A stretch of 64,000 nucleotides of DNA from Camelus dromedarius (GCF_036321535.1 NC_087437.1:40426001-40490000); one strand, 5' to 3'; numbered from the stretch's first letter, positions 43,101 to 54,749 are shown. A program made the numbers and translations. Notes: generated by a model from the sequence alone, not told the origin.

Positions 43101-46100
43101 ATAAACGTAAGATCCCAAAAGGTGGTTAAAAGCAGACTCGGTAGGGACCTCAAGACCCAGTGAACAATGTGGTTATAAGCTCCCTGGGTTTTCTTTTTAA
43201 GTCTCACATAACCCAAACATGAAGCTGAGAAGTCAGTAACTTAGAAACATCAATGGGTAGAAACAAACAAACAAACAAAAAACTCCAGTGGTCTGCTCTT
43301 TCTAGCCAAGGACCAGAAAAGGGACAGCCTAACAACACAGAAAACTTTCAGATAGTAATTGCTCTACTCCAGCCAAACACCACAGAAAACACTGTGGCCT
43401 CACCCACCTCCACACTTGCAAAGACCTAGACTTCCACCCTCACCAAGCCATAATGAGGCACCCCAATCCCACAAATCCTTCCAACCAATTAGTGTCAAAG
43501 AAGGCCACGTAGAGAGCCAGGACTTTCATCCCAATCAGGCAGTAACAGACCAGCACCAACAACCCACCCCGTTCCTGTAGTATCAGTGGAGACCACGTGG
43601 GGTGCAGTAACACTGCACTCCTATCCCTCCCAGCCACAGAAACATCAGTGGGGAGCCATAACGCACTCCAACTTGGCAATTAGAAGGAGCACTCCCTTGG
43701 GTACCAATGGAAAACAAATGTGGAACCTGGACTTCTACCCCCATATGGCAGTAAGGAGGTGGCACACACTCCTTTTCAGAAGCCAGTCAAAACAGAATGG
43801 TTAAATAAGACCCACAGTCATATAACATAATACTGAAAATGTCCAGGTTTCAATCAAAAAAATCACTCATTTGTACCAAGAACCAAAAGACCTCAAGCTG
43901 AATGAAAAAGACAATAAATAGATGCCAACACCAAGATGAAAGAAATATTATAATTATCCGACAAAAGATCTTAAAGCAGTCACCATAAAAATGTTTTGAA
44001 CAAGCAATTATGAGCCCACTCAAAACAAATGAAAAAATAAACTCTCAGCAAAAGACAAAGAACCAAATGGGAATTTCAGAACCGAAAAATAGAATAACCT
44101 AAATAAATAAGTTAAATGAGATGAGACTATACTTTCTTGCTTTTTTTCACTTAATATCTAATGAAAATCTAAGTCTCTTTATGTACATATACAGCATTTA
44201 GCAGCTATAGTATCCCACTGTATGAATTAACTATAATTTACTTAACTAAACCTCAATTAATGAACATTTAGTCTATAATTTTCCACTATTATAAACCATG
44301 CATATTTACATATTTGTCATTTTTGCATAATTATCTATCATAATTGTTATTTTTAGTAAAAGACATCACAAAAAATTAGACTGCTATGTGAAAGCACATG
44401 CACAGTTTAAATTTTCACACACATTGCCAAATAACCCTCCAGAAAAGTTGTACTAATTACATTCCCACCAATAGTGTACAAGTATACCTACTTTCTCACA
44501 TCCCTGCCAATGAGTATTGTCTCAGTGTTTTTCCTTGTTTCCTAATTTGACAAGTGAAAATAGTACAGCATTGTCGCTTTTACATACATTTCTTTATTAC
44601 TAACAGGGTAAAGGCTTTCTTTTGAAAATTACCAACGCAGGTCTTTTGTGAATTCTCATTGTTTATCTTACTAACATAAAAGAGCCCTTAATATTTTACA
44701 AATATAAGCTGGATGACATACATGGTGCAAATGTATTTTCAACTATTTTGTTGTTTTATATTTTTGCTGATGCTCTTTTTTGCGTAAAAGTTTTAAATTG
44801 GTCTAGGTTTCATTTTAGCAAATCAAATTTAAGTCTTCGTCCCATTCAGTTGAAGGACAAAGCCGTCAACCTAAAGGCTCAGTCTCAACTAGTTTTAGAA
44901 CCAATCAACTATAAAATCACCTCTCATTACTGGTAAGAGTCTAGAATTAGCCTTTCTGTTCTAATGAGGGGAAAGAAGAGGATGCTGGCACCCACTAATT
45001 ACCTATACATTCAGTTAACAATGGTCCTCTCCACATATATTGTTTCTCCAGGTGGTATGACTGGACTTTTGACTTCACTTTTTAAAATGTAATACTCCAT
45101 TTTCCCACTGGGATCCCACTCCTACTCTAAACCCCAACTTATTTGGATGGTGGCTTGACAACCTACCTTGTAGCCCTTTTTCCTACTGGAGGTTGGACCC
45201 CTCCCCAGGGCTTTCACTGTTATTGGAAACCTACCTCACAAGAACCAAAACTCTGAAAACTACTTTACTGCCACTTGACCGCTCATTGTTATCACTACCT
45301 AGAGATTTCTGCTACCATACTCTGCCCGTCTTTTGGAGAATGACCTAAATTTACTAAGCTACCTTGGGTATCATAATGTGGACTGCTAGTCAACTCACTT
45401 GAGCCACTGCTCAGTCAGAACAGAAAACAAAACAAATGCAATGTGTTATTCTTTTGTTTTTTTCCTAAATACTTGCTCTCCCTATTTACTTCTTCTCCTC
45501 CATCAGCCAGTAGTAAGTTCTGGCATCCTTCATCGTACAAGTCTACCTAATTTATGACAACTAGCACTAACGATGTCACAAAAAAATAATCACAATCACT
45601 GGAAATGTGATTGTGAAAATCACATACATAAAATCATAATGAAAGAAAAACAACTTAAAAGGATACCTTTTAACAATGTAGAGAAAAAAATTCAGAACAC
45701 ATATCTTTCTATATATATCCTAATGTTATTTCATAAAGAATTAATCTATAATTTCTTTAACCAGTCCACAAAGTGTTTACCAATCCTTTCCTTAACTACC
45801 GAATGTATTAATTAAAGACATATCTGACATCAATAACCATAACTATAGCATTAATGCTTAGGGATTGATTACATTACTTAAATTTTTCTTTTTCTTCAGT
45901 CTAACATTTTCAAGTCATAAGTAATTTATCTTTTAACTAATTTTATTCATGTTCCAGAGTATTTCCATGCTAAAACAGAATTTTTTAATTAAAAATGTCA
46001 GACCAATAGCCCCAAAATAACTATATGCTCACTGTACATATACTTACTCAGCAAAGACCATACCCTTAGCTAAAGAAACACAGCACAAGTTCATCTTCAA

Positions 46101-49100
46101 TTCTTTGGTAATCTATAAACTATATTCTATCAGAGTCAATTTTACAAAGTATCAAAGTATTACCATCCTGAATCAGGAAAAAACAGAGGCAATTCCTGAC
46201 CCCTCAGGAAACATCTAGCAGTGCCTAGAGGCATTTCTGATTGTCACGCTGGGGGAAGGAGGGCACAGCCTACCCAAGCTAGGGATGCTGCTTAATGACT
46301 TATCATGCACAGGATACCCCTCAACAAGAAAGAATTATCTGGCCCATAATGTCTATAGTGATGAGGCTCAGAAATCTGGGACAACTGATGAAATCTGAAT
46401 GTGCACTGCATTGTATCAATGTTAAATTTCTTGAATTTGATCATTTCTTAAAAATTAAAGTATGACTGATTTATAATGTTGTGTTAGTTTCAGGTGTACA
46501 GCAAAGTGATTTACACACACACTTATGTGTATATATTCTTTTTCAGATTCGTTTCCGTTATAGTTATAACAAGATACTGAATATAGTTACCTGCGCTATA
46601 CAGTAGGTCCTTGTTTATCTATTTTATATATAGTAGTTGTATATGTTAATCCCAAACTCTTAATTTACCCCTCCCTCCCAGAATTTGGTCATTTTCATGT
46701 GGCTTCATAGAAGAAAATATATTTCAATAAAAATATATATTAAAAAAAGAAATTATATCAAAATTAAAAGTTAACAAGTATTACCATACCTGTAAATTTC
46801 TTTTAACTGGGAAACTCTGCACAATTTCCCAGTTTATATGTGCAATAGAGCAAATCACCTTTCTTTCACTCCTTTCTCAAAATAAATTACACTATTTTGA
46901 ATGGATACTTCCAGATTGGACTCACATAACTCAAGCATAAGCTTAAAAGTAAAATTTCTAAAATGTGGATTGCACAGAAAAAAACTAGAAACATTTAGAT
47001 GTCTACCAAGGACATGACATTCTTCAGTATACCACAGTAAATTCATGGCTTAATACCTCTGCATTGTGTATTTCAGGCTTTCAATACACATTGAGAACTG
47101 CAATTATTTACATAAGACCTGAACACAATCAGTGGAGAAGTATGTGTAAGAAATAATACAAAAACATTTTTAAGACTCAGATTTTCAGAAGTTTGACATT
47201 AGTTCTGAGTTTTTGAACCTTATTCCTATCTCTAGGCACTTGTTAATTAAATAGCATTCAACAAATACACAATAATAGCTTTATAAATATTAACAGTTCA
47301 CTTTTGGAAAGCAATAATTAAAAATTTTAAATCCAGGAAGAAAACTTAGGGCACTTACAGATGTCTGGGACATACTTGACTGTTGTGTGACACTTCCTGT
47401 GGGGGATGTAGGTGGTCTTCCACTGGACAAACTTGCCTAAAATAATAAGATCTTTACAATGTGTCTATAAAAGGCTGAAGTTTAAAACTTTCTGGTACCA
47501 GAATACCACAAAACCACAATAAAAGTCAAAACATCTATGAAGCAATTCATTTTACAGTCAACATGGATTAAGCTTTGGCCAAATTGACTAAGAAAAAAAG
47601 AAAAAAACTGGTGACAAGAGAAGATCCAAAGGCTAATCTTATTTTAATAGCTGCACACATTGTCAGTTTCACTCTATAGGTCTCTATCTTCTTTGAAGTG
47701 AAATCACCACTTCAATGTTATGAAAAAGAAACTGGAGCTATATCAAGTGCCAGTGGGTTTCAGTTTCCTAATTCGTATCATGAACATGACGTTACATGAA
47801 ATTACACTACTGAGAAGAAGCAACAGGTGGGGATGTGTTTATAACAGAAATAAACCTTTTTCAGGTTCAGTCAACTGAGATTCTCCTCTGATGAGGAGAT
47901 TAAGTTTAAATCTCACACAGTTTTACTTAAATAAACAATACAACAACACTGAAAATCTTTTAAAACATAAGCATTTAATGATAAAATCATCCTGTTAGTA
48001 GTAGGAGTCATATGATTGGATTTTAGAAAAGTGCACATGTATGTTTTTATACAGAAAATTCCTGGAGGGATACAAATAAAACTCTTAGTGGTCACATCTG
48101 AAGAGTGGAAAACAGCAGTGGGTGTGGAAAAGGACACCTATATTTTACTTATAAACAGTTTTATACTGTTTGATTTTTTTAATGAGTGTAAAATACTGAT
48201 GTATTAAAAAAAGGTTTTTTGCTAAAATGTAAATGTGATTCATACAACCCTAACTATTCACTGTTGTACTTTGAATTTTATACACAAAACCATGACACTA
48301 GTATAGCATTTCTGAAATGGAGATAAAAAGCAGAGGGCCAAAAGCTAGCAACAGAATAACAAATAAAACATATCCATTTTTTTTTAAACTAACTTCTATT
48401 TGGCAGCCTATTAGATGTCCTTAAGAAACAATAATTACAGGACACCTGAGAACTCTGAAATACTACCCAATGTATTTAATTTCAGTAATTATCCTCAGGT
48501 AATGCCAACTTTGGCTTCATAAGTTCTTAATTCACTTCAGCCTCACCTGAACAGCAGCAAGGCTCTGAAGCTGGGAGCTGCTTAAGTGCTGCTGCTGGAG
48601 AGCTGCTGTGTGCAGCATTAAGTGCTGCTGCTGGGCGGCGTACATTTGCTGAAGGTACTGAGCAGCTGAGCTGGGAGGGCGATGCAATGCCTGCTGAATT
48701 ACCTGTGATAAGTCAATTGAACCAGTGTCAAACCATAACCTTAACCATAAAATAAAGTATCAAAAAAGCGGCAGTTTAAAATTTCACTAATTTAAGATTC
48801 AATGTCATCAAACTTACAAATATAGTGCTCTCCTAGTTATTACTAGGATTCACAAATGTATACAAATAAAAGAAACCCAGTAGAGGCAATTCACAAAAGG
48901 AAAAATGGCCAAGTAAGCACTGGAAAAGATCTTCAATCTCGTTAGTAGTCAAAAGTACAAATTAAAACAAGACACTATTTTCTAACTTTTTGACCGACAA
49001 AGATTTAAAATACTACTACTACTACTGTAAGTAAGAGTATAAATTGGTATAACCGTTTTGGGTAAAAGTTGGTAGAATTCTTGGCTTGAGTAGAGAGGAT

Positions 49101-52100
49101 ATGTATACCCTACAGCCATCACTAACAGTAATGTAGATCAGTGCCATCCAGTACAGGAGCCACTAGTCTGAGCACTTACAAGGTGGCTAATGCAACTAGG
49201 GAATTAAGTTTTTAATTCTACTGAATTTTAATTATAATTTAAATATAAAATAGCCACCTGCAGGTAGTAGCTACTGTATTGAACAGAGCAAATAAATCTA
49301 TATTTATTAACAAAAAAATTCCCAAATATATTATTAGTTGAAAAATGCAGGTTACTAAATAGTGTATGGAGAAAGATACCATTTATATTGAAATATTTCA
49401 CAGAATATTCAGCAAACCACTAAAAGACTACTGACAGGTAGCTAGATTAGAACTGACTTTTACCTTCTCATTTGTACTTTAAATGTCTGAAAAAACTTAG
49501 TTTTGTGATATTAATAACCACATAAAATTATAAAGCTATTTTTTTAGAAAATTACTAATCACTTTTCAAAATGTTTTTAAATTTTTAAATGTCATATTCC
49601 TTGTTTCAGTTGTTTGAACACAGAATAAAACTATTCTTACTAAAAAAAGTTTCTGAAAAAGGACTAATTATTATGACTATTTATTACTAGAATATAAAAG
49701 CTGAGTCCAAACTTCATTAATTGATAAATTAGAGAAGTATTCCAATAAAAGAGGAAAATCCTTTATCTGTCCCAATGGTAAGTCAGACTACACCAGTCCT
49801 CTGCAACCACGTCCCAAAATCACATCATGCCCACGGTGACTCTGAAAGAGCACCCTAATCTCAGTATCAAACCAGAGTTTTCAAAGAGCTAAAGGAGTAA
49901 CAGAGCCATAATCCTACAGTTTGAGGGTCTGAGTCAGGGCATCTTTCACACAAAGCCATGAATCTCTTCATCCGAATTCCAAGAAAGCGTATTTCCTTGT
50001 GTTGTTTACCTTCATGTGTTCACATGTCAGTTCCCCAACAATGGACTGCTACACCAGCTACAAGCTCCCGTCACAAAATCCATGTAGGCTTTTGACCCCT
50101 AGTTGCAGGGGACTGAAGACCAGCATTAAGTAATTTAGAATTACAAGATGATGTCTTTTTGGTCAGGGAAATCTATGTATGTTCCTCTAATTCCAAAACA
50201 AAATTCTAAAATCAAAGTGAAATTAAAAATGAATAATCTACTTGACAGAGTGTAGTAATTTTTTTCTAGTCAGCACAGTCTTTCATTACCACTCAATGCT
50301 ATACTCACGGGAGAGAGACTCTTTAAATACAAGTTAAAGACATAGAACATAGTTCTTTTTTTGTCCCTCTAAAGGAACAAGGAGGGTGAAGAGGACTCAT
50401 AGGACTGAAAAATAAAGCTGAAAGGTATGAAAGAACTATTTACGTAGTTCAATAAATAGTGATTTGATTACATCTTAAGGGAAGCAATTCTATGATCTCA
50501 TGAGAACTAAAGTTAGTGCTATCTGTGATATGTATCTATATCTACACATTTCCAGTAACATTTCACTTTTTATTAACATGTCCAGCTTAGGTAAAAGCTA
50601 GACAACAACACAGCATTTAAAGTATCACATTATCTGTATGCTCAAAGATCCAGATACTCTTCCCTATATCCCCTGCCTCAGAAAAAAGGTGAAAAACATT
50701 AAAAACACACTCTGCCTTCCAGTTTGAATTTTGCTCCAACAATTCCGATTCCACTCCACAGTAACTTCAGAATCCTAAACCACATTACAGCTAAATAGCC
50801 ATTAAACTGGGATCTTCCACTCTAGGAAAATGGTGTGGGGAGAGGACTACATCATAAACAGGGAAGTTTTTTTCAAGATGGAGTAAAATTATGTGGATCT
50901 GATAAGAAACCAAGTATAATGGAAAAAATAAGAACTCACAAAGTGGTTAAGGGCACAACTCTAAAGCCAAAGAACCAACTAGCTACGTGAGTTTAGGAAC
51001 GTTATTTAGCCAATTTAAAACATCAGTTTTCCCATCTATACAATGGAGATAGTAAAAGGATCTACTTCATAAGGGTGCAGTTAGGATTAAAAGAGATAAT
51101 CCACGTAAAGCATTTATCAAATGCTCGGCATACAGCAACTGTTCAACACATATTCACTATTATTATTTACTGAGTACACATGACGTACCCCATACAATTC
51201 TAGATGCTTCCTTCAATCCTCATAACTAATCAAGCAGGTGGTCTCCATTTTATAGTTTCCTGAGGCTCAAGGACATATGCCCCTCACCCAGGGCTACACA
51301 GCTACCAATGATAAAGAAAATGGAATTCAAAGAGCACACCAGATCCCAATGCCCAGGCCCTTTTTATGCAATACCATATTGTCTCAACCTCCACTGTTAT
51401 AAAGGTAACTGAGTAAACTTTATTTTCTCAACTAAATGAAGAGCCTAAGATTTTTCCTAGTTAAATATTTCCTTCGCCCTGTGCCCCGTAGAGCTCTTGA
51501 ATGGATTCTCACGCTAAGCGTTCTTAGGCCAGTTGGGTTTAAAATGAACGTAACACATCTACAGAGCTAAATAGATCTCCCTAAGTCTATACTTTGGGTT
51601 CAAATGTAAAATAATCCAGAAAAACCTAGAGCTGTTCTTCATGTTGGGGCTCTTGGTTGAGTATCAGTATCTCCACGTTGTAGTCGCACCTAGAGGAGAC
51701 CTTCCAATTATAATTTTCCTGACATATAACCTTATAAGCTACATGCTGACAAATGTAAGCCCTCCCAATAGAGTGATTATTAAATCACTCTGTTGGTTGT
51801 TTCAAACATTAACAATTCTAACTGTACTCATTTAGAGGGTATCATGTAAGTCACTTGAGGATATGAAACAATAGACTCATCTGGCTTAAGCAGAAAATAA
51901 AGACATCCTAAATCTCAGCCTACCCATTGCGATAACTGAAATACCTGTACAGCATGTCGGTCTGAGCCACTATAGACAGAGATCTGTGGTTGCTGCATTC
52001 GAGAGGAGGAAGTGGTGATGGTGGTGGTGGTGGTGCTACTGGTAGTTGTCGACACCGAAGATGTTCCAGGATTTGGTTCACTATCCATAGCTGTACTGTG

Positions 52101-54612
52101 GTCCTTAAACCTAGCAGATAACACAAAGGGTCTGTATTGGCAAAAGCATTATCATATGGTGTTTAAAGAATATTTAATTATTCCAAGAAATAATCAGCAA
52201 CAATCTAAATTTCTAAGGCCCTCGTAAAATATAGATAGCACACAGTCACCATAAGCACTTGGAAGGGAAAAATATTTCACAAACACATAGCATATTTAAT
52301 AGTTCATATCTACTAAATTTGAATTCAAATGACTCAGGATATGTAACTCAAATAAAGCCTAACCTAAAGTTTACGTTTTTACTCTTGAAGGAAACCAAAA
52401 CAGATGATGACAAAACACTAAACTACCTAGGAAAATAAAACTTAAACAACATCAGAGTATTAAAATATTTCTTTATATTCTTTTGACCATACTAATTACA
52501 AATTAGAATCATTCTTATCTACACATTAAAATAGGATGCCTATGGACTTATGTTGGCTTAGTTTAACTTGGTTAATTAGCTTATTTTTTGGATACCATAT
52601 ATAGTTTATTTTAAAAACAAGTTCTCTTAAAAAATAAGTTAAATAATTTTTTATTAACTCACACTGCTTTCTCCCTAATTATTCTAAAACACTGTCCTCA
52701 CCACATTTAATAACTGAGTTACATCCACGAGCAGATTACTCTAAGAAACTAAAAGAAACAGCTGAAAACAATTTCTCTACTTCCTTACAGAAATCTCTTT
52801 TTTACAAAGAACTGCTCCAAATTTTGAAAACAGCGTGATTATGTCACTTCCCTCAGCTATGGACAGTAAAGTGCATTTTTGTACCATTCTGATTCTTTTC
52901 CCACCAATATTACAATCTCATTTCACTGTTATGGTACAAAACTCCACTAAATACAGAATCCCTATTTGAATAAATTCAAGCAACATTCTATTTTAAGGCA
53001 GTTATCAGGGCCTTAATATTGTTAGAAACTAGAACTACACTAGTTTTTGTAGAGTCAGAAATGCACCACAATGGTGAAAAGCACACTTGAGAATATATTG
53101 GTTTTATCTGACAGTCTTATTTGTCTTTTCTTCTGAGAAACAAAATCTGAACCACCTCACAAGAGCAGCACTGACAAGAGTGTAACAAGAACACTTTCTA
53201 CTTCAGGAAAAGACAAAGGAATTTGGCACTAATTGTGTATGCACGCACTATTCCCATATGGTGTCCTTTTATGTACAAATCTTCTTTGTTCTTTATATCA
53301 CGTATGTAAATAGAACTTATGTGCTCTTTGAGCAATCAAATGTTAAAAAGTCTTGATTTAATAGGAAAAGTGAAAGGAAAAAAGCACGAAGGGAGAAGCT
53401 GACTCTTTACTTACTTTTTTGATTAGTAAATGACTCATTTATATGGTTCTCTGGTTTGGGTTTTTTCCCCCTAGTTTTTCAACCTACCTTCCAGTTATCA
53501 AATCACAGCATCATACGGTAATTACTCAACATCAAATAGATACAGTGGTAGATAAAGTAAACTTTTTACCAAATGGACTCCCTGTCATAAACACTTCTGA
53601 GGCATGTACCAGTGATATGCAAAAAGCCAGCTTAAATTCTGGTCCTTTTCATCGCTATCTTGTTCAACCACGTCCTCAAACCCTCCGGTAAGCAGTTCTG
53701 TAACTAACCAAAAATGGTCAAAGAGAATCCAAATTCTAGGCACAAGTCTAAAACATCGGCGCGTAGAACTAGCCAAATCGTAGCACTGAAATTGGACTCC
53801 TGGCACAAAACAACAATTTTGGTAACTCCACCGTCTATGCATAGTACTGCCTGCAAAATCCAAGCGGCAGTTCTGCTGCACAAGCGGCCTACCCAGGAAA
53901 CACTAAGTTGGAGTCGCTAACTAAGCATACCATCACACCGCCACACAAGAATGTGGCCCTTTAGGGCGGCACCAACGCTGCAGCCAGAGACCCGAGGGAA
54001 AGAGGATTTTCCTTCCAGGGTGTTTTCTCAGCCTCGCCAGAACCGCAACAGCCCCCGTCGCTCTAAGGCCCGCGCTGGGGCACCTCCTCCACGCCTCCCG
54101 GGGGAGGGCGGTGAGCAGCCCCACGTCTCGGGGTCTCCCACTGAGAAGTGGAGCGGCGCCGGGGCGGGAAGGAGGAGAGCGCGAAGGAGGCCTGGCAGTG
54201 CCCGCCCTGCCCTACCCAGCCTCCGCGGGCCCCCGGCGCGGGCAGCCGTGACAAGGCTGCCGCGGGGCCCACTTGCAGGGATGACAGCGGCTGACGAGCC
54301 CCACCCCGGCTCATCTTCCAGCAGACCCCAGGGGTCGGGGTCTGAGAAGTGACCCCGCGCTCAGGGCCCCTGGGACCAGACGGCGGAAGGAGCGCTCCCG
54401 CCTGGAGGTAACTGGACCCTTGCAGTTCGCCTCCGTTCCTCCACAAGGGCCAAGCAGGCTCCTCCACGAGAAGGAAGCTCTCGCGTCCCCCCTTCCCCGC
54501 ATTGCCCGCCAAAGAGCCCTCAGCTTTCTCCTGAGGGGACGTGTCGCTGCCCCTACTCGCTCCCCGGTTACGACATCAGTCACCAGCAAGTCACTCACTC
54601 CGCTTCCGCCAT
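5377..54612 (-). CDS. PHC3: Polyhomeotic-like protein 3, spliced CDS exons 1-11; 3'-truncated by the window edge (FCS finger and SAM exons not in window)
   Basis: Spliced translation [20 protein letters not shown]...[39 protein letters not shown]...[10 protein letters not shown] matches mammalian PHC3 as I recall it. All 10 complete introns are GT-AG with compatible phases (14+166+156+78+159+99+247+872+154+251+160 nt). Confidence 0.97.
6667..6982. mobile_element. MER2-like Tigger MITE nested in an old L1 fragment
   Basis: Inverted termini agttgtccctcagtatc ... gatactgaggaccaac; internal ggttccaggac motif. Confidence 0.7.
8142..8392 (-). CDS. PHC3: PHC3 exon 10 (251 nt), encodes the HD1 motif [29 protein letters not shown]
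   Basis: ttttccag|AGCAAG acceptor, TTTCCT|gtaagt donor; polyhomeotic HD1 motif recognised. Confidence 0.96.
9222..9450 (-). mobile_element. MIR SINE
   Basis: Core ttattatttccattttatagatgtgaaaacc...aagtaacttgcc...cacacagcta. Confidence 0.7.
11298..11599 (-). mobile_element. MER58B-like hAT-Charlie element
   Basis: caggggtcag... to ...tttgccaattgctg; internal similarity to the copy at 60514-60833. Confidence 0.6.
12293..12446 (-). CDS. PHC3: PHC3 exon 9 (154 nt; [16 protein letters not shown]...EHPLL)
   Basis: ttgcag|GTTTAT acceptor, TTAG|gtgagg donor; ORF 12243..12458. Confidence 0.95.
13503..13650 (-). mobile_element. 5'-truncated L1 3' end (cetartiodactyl type) with TSD
   Basis: ttttttaactgaagtatagttgatttacaat...ggtgtacagc; flanked by tgattaRtattt at 13491 and 13651. 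Confidence 0.8.
13876..14318. repeat. Tandem duplication, two ~220-bp copies (13876-14101, 14102-14318)
   Basis: Both copies run atagaatta(A)n..ccctaactttccaagcctct..gaatcagctactaaggatgcaacattttaaa..gaaacctgtttc with scattered substitutions. Confidence 0.95.
17192..18063 (-). CDS. PHC3: PHC3 exon 8 (872 nt; Pro/Gln/Ser-rich low-complexity region)
   Basis: ctcacag|CTTCAT acceptor, CCAGTG|gtaagc donor; ORF 17111..18085. Confidence 0.96.
20301..20699 (+). mobile_element. MaLR solo LTR (MLT1A/B-like)
   Basis: gtccccagattcatatgttgaagccctaacc...cagaactgtgagaaa...gcagcctaagcagactaa. Confidence 0.8.
23435..23681 (-). CDS. PHC3: PHC3 exon 7 (247 nt; [16 protein letters not shown]...IHQLIAP)
   Basis: ttcttag|GTTCAG acceptor, CCAG|gtggga donor; overlaps ORF 23352..23651. 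Confidence 0.95.
25719..25802 (-). mobile_element. tRNA-Ala-derived SINE (vic-1-like), diverged
   Basis: Minus strand GGGTATAGCTCAGTGGAAGAATGCATGCCTAGCATGCAGGAGGTCCTGGTTCC; aaaaacagYataa flanks suggest a TSD. Confidence 0.75.
28122..29250 (-). mobile_element. L1M (L1MA/MB-like) 3' region fragment
   Basis: Typical antisense L1 3' text (accaccccaatcaagatatagaacatttccatcac; gatgttgagcatttcttcgtgtgcttattggcc). Confidence 0.85.
29693..29791 (-). CDS. PHC3: PHC3 exon 6 (99 nt; [33 protein letters not shown])
   Basis: tgtacag|CTGATT acceptor, ACTCAG|gtgagc donor. Confidence 0.95.
31093..31195. repeat. (TAAATA)n-(TA)n microsatellite
   Basis: Direct reading. Confidence 0.95.
31934..32092 (-). CDS. 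PHC3: PHC3 exon 5 (159 nt; [17 protein letters not shown]...[10 protein letters not shown])
   Basis: ttccttag|ATCAAC acceptor, CAAATG|gtaaga donor. Confidence 0.95.
33833..33910. repeat. 40-bp period tandem duplication
   Basis: atttgtccttMacacttYtcttcttcaattcttcaatt twice (33833, 33873). Confidence 0.9.
35341..35412 (-). mobile_element. Very short young L1 3' end with TSD
   Basis: ttaattgaagtatagtcagtttacaatgttgtg...cagcataatg; flanked by taaaagYcttttt. Confidence 0.75.
36792..36868 (+). mobile_element. Very short young L1 3' end with poly(A)
   Basis: gctgtacaccagaaactgacacattgtaactgtacttcaatt(A)n; reverse-complement match to the 35341-35412 copy. Confidence 0.75.
40810..41174 (-). mobile_element. 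MaLR solo LTR (MLT1A/B-like)
   Basis: gggctgccaaaacaaagtaccac...ctcacagttctagaggctaggaagtccaagatcaagg...gcttcaacatacgaattt. Confidence 0.8.
41520..42372 (+). mobile_element. L2 3' fragment
   Basis: aactgaactcctgatttt..catccttt attcaatccatcagca..ccactccagccacactg..; ends in a gaataaatgagtgaatg tail. Confidence 0.7.
43012..44110 (+). mobile_element. Old L1M 5'/ORF1-proximal fragment
   Basis: ttctgtttccaggaaggtggaatagacatac start; atgtccaggtttcaatcaaaaa...gatgccaacaccaagatga motifs. Confidence 0.6.
46186..46378 (+). mobile_element. MER20 (hAT-Charlie)
   Basis: gcatttctgattgtcac..agggatgctgcttaa..aagaattatctggccc..gaggctcagaaatctg. Confidence 0.7.
46447..46680 (-). mobile_element. Cetartiodactyl-type L1 3' end with 14-bp TSD
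   Basis: aagtatgactgatttataatgttgtgttagtttcaggtgtacagcaaagtga...; gaatttgRtcattt at 46433 and 46681. Confidence 0.8.
47359..47436 (-). CDS. PHC3: PHC3 exon 4 (78 nt; [26 protein letters not shown])
   Basis: ttttag|GCAAGT acceptor, ACATCT|gtaagt donor. Confidence 0.93.
48547..48702 (-). CDS. PHC3: PHC3 exon 3 (156 nt; [28 protein letters not shown]...SLAAVQ)
   Basis: tcacag|GTAATT acceptor, GTTCAG|gtgagg donor; conserved polyhomeotic N-terminal Q-rich motif. Confidence 0.95.
49139..49290. mobile_element. MER3/MER33-like hAT element
   Basis: agccactag..gagcactt..gtggcta..aaatagccac..gtagctactgtattgaacagagca. Confidence 0.6.
51945..52110 (-). CDS. PHC3: PHC3 exon 2 (166 nt; [15 protein letters not shown]...SGSDRHAVQ), contains a second in-frame Met
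   Basis: ctgctag|GTTTAAG acceptor, GTACAG|gtattt donor; Thr/Ser-rich; matches ORF 51915..52124. Confidence 0.95.
54599..54612 (-). CDS. PHC3: PHC3 coding exon 1 (MAEAE, 14 nt)
   Basis: AAG ATG GCG GAA GCG GA|GTGAGT: good Kozak context and consensus donor, inside the CpG island. Confidence 0.9.
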
Positions 54613-54615
54613 CTT
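54606..54615 (-). promoter_or_regulatory. YY1 motif AAGATGGCGG overlapping the start codon
   Basis: CCGCCATCTT on the + strand; typical YY1/Kozak overlap in housekeeping genes. Confidence 0.65.
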
Positions 54616-54639
54616 CTCTCCTCCATCACTAACACGGGC

Positions 54640-54650
54640 TGCGCATGCGC
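54640..54650. promoter_or_regulatory. NRF1 motif (TGCGCATGCGC)
   Basis: Palindromic GCGCATGCGC about 30 nt upstream of the ATG. Confidence 0.75.
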
Positions 54651-54692
54651 CCCCCGGCGGCAGCGGCCGCGGCAGCTGCGGCGGCGGACGAA

Positions 54693-54749
54693 GGGGCGGG
54701 GTCCGCTCAGCCCGGGGCCCGAGGTCACGTGGGGTCCTCGGCTTCCAAT
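54693..54749. promoter_or_regulatory. GC box (54693-54701), GTCACGTG E-box of USF/MiT-TFE type (54724-54731) and CCAAT (54745-54749)
   Basis: Exact motif strings in proximal promoter position. Confidence 0.6.
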
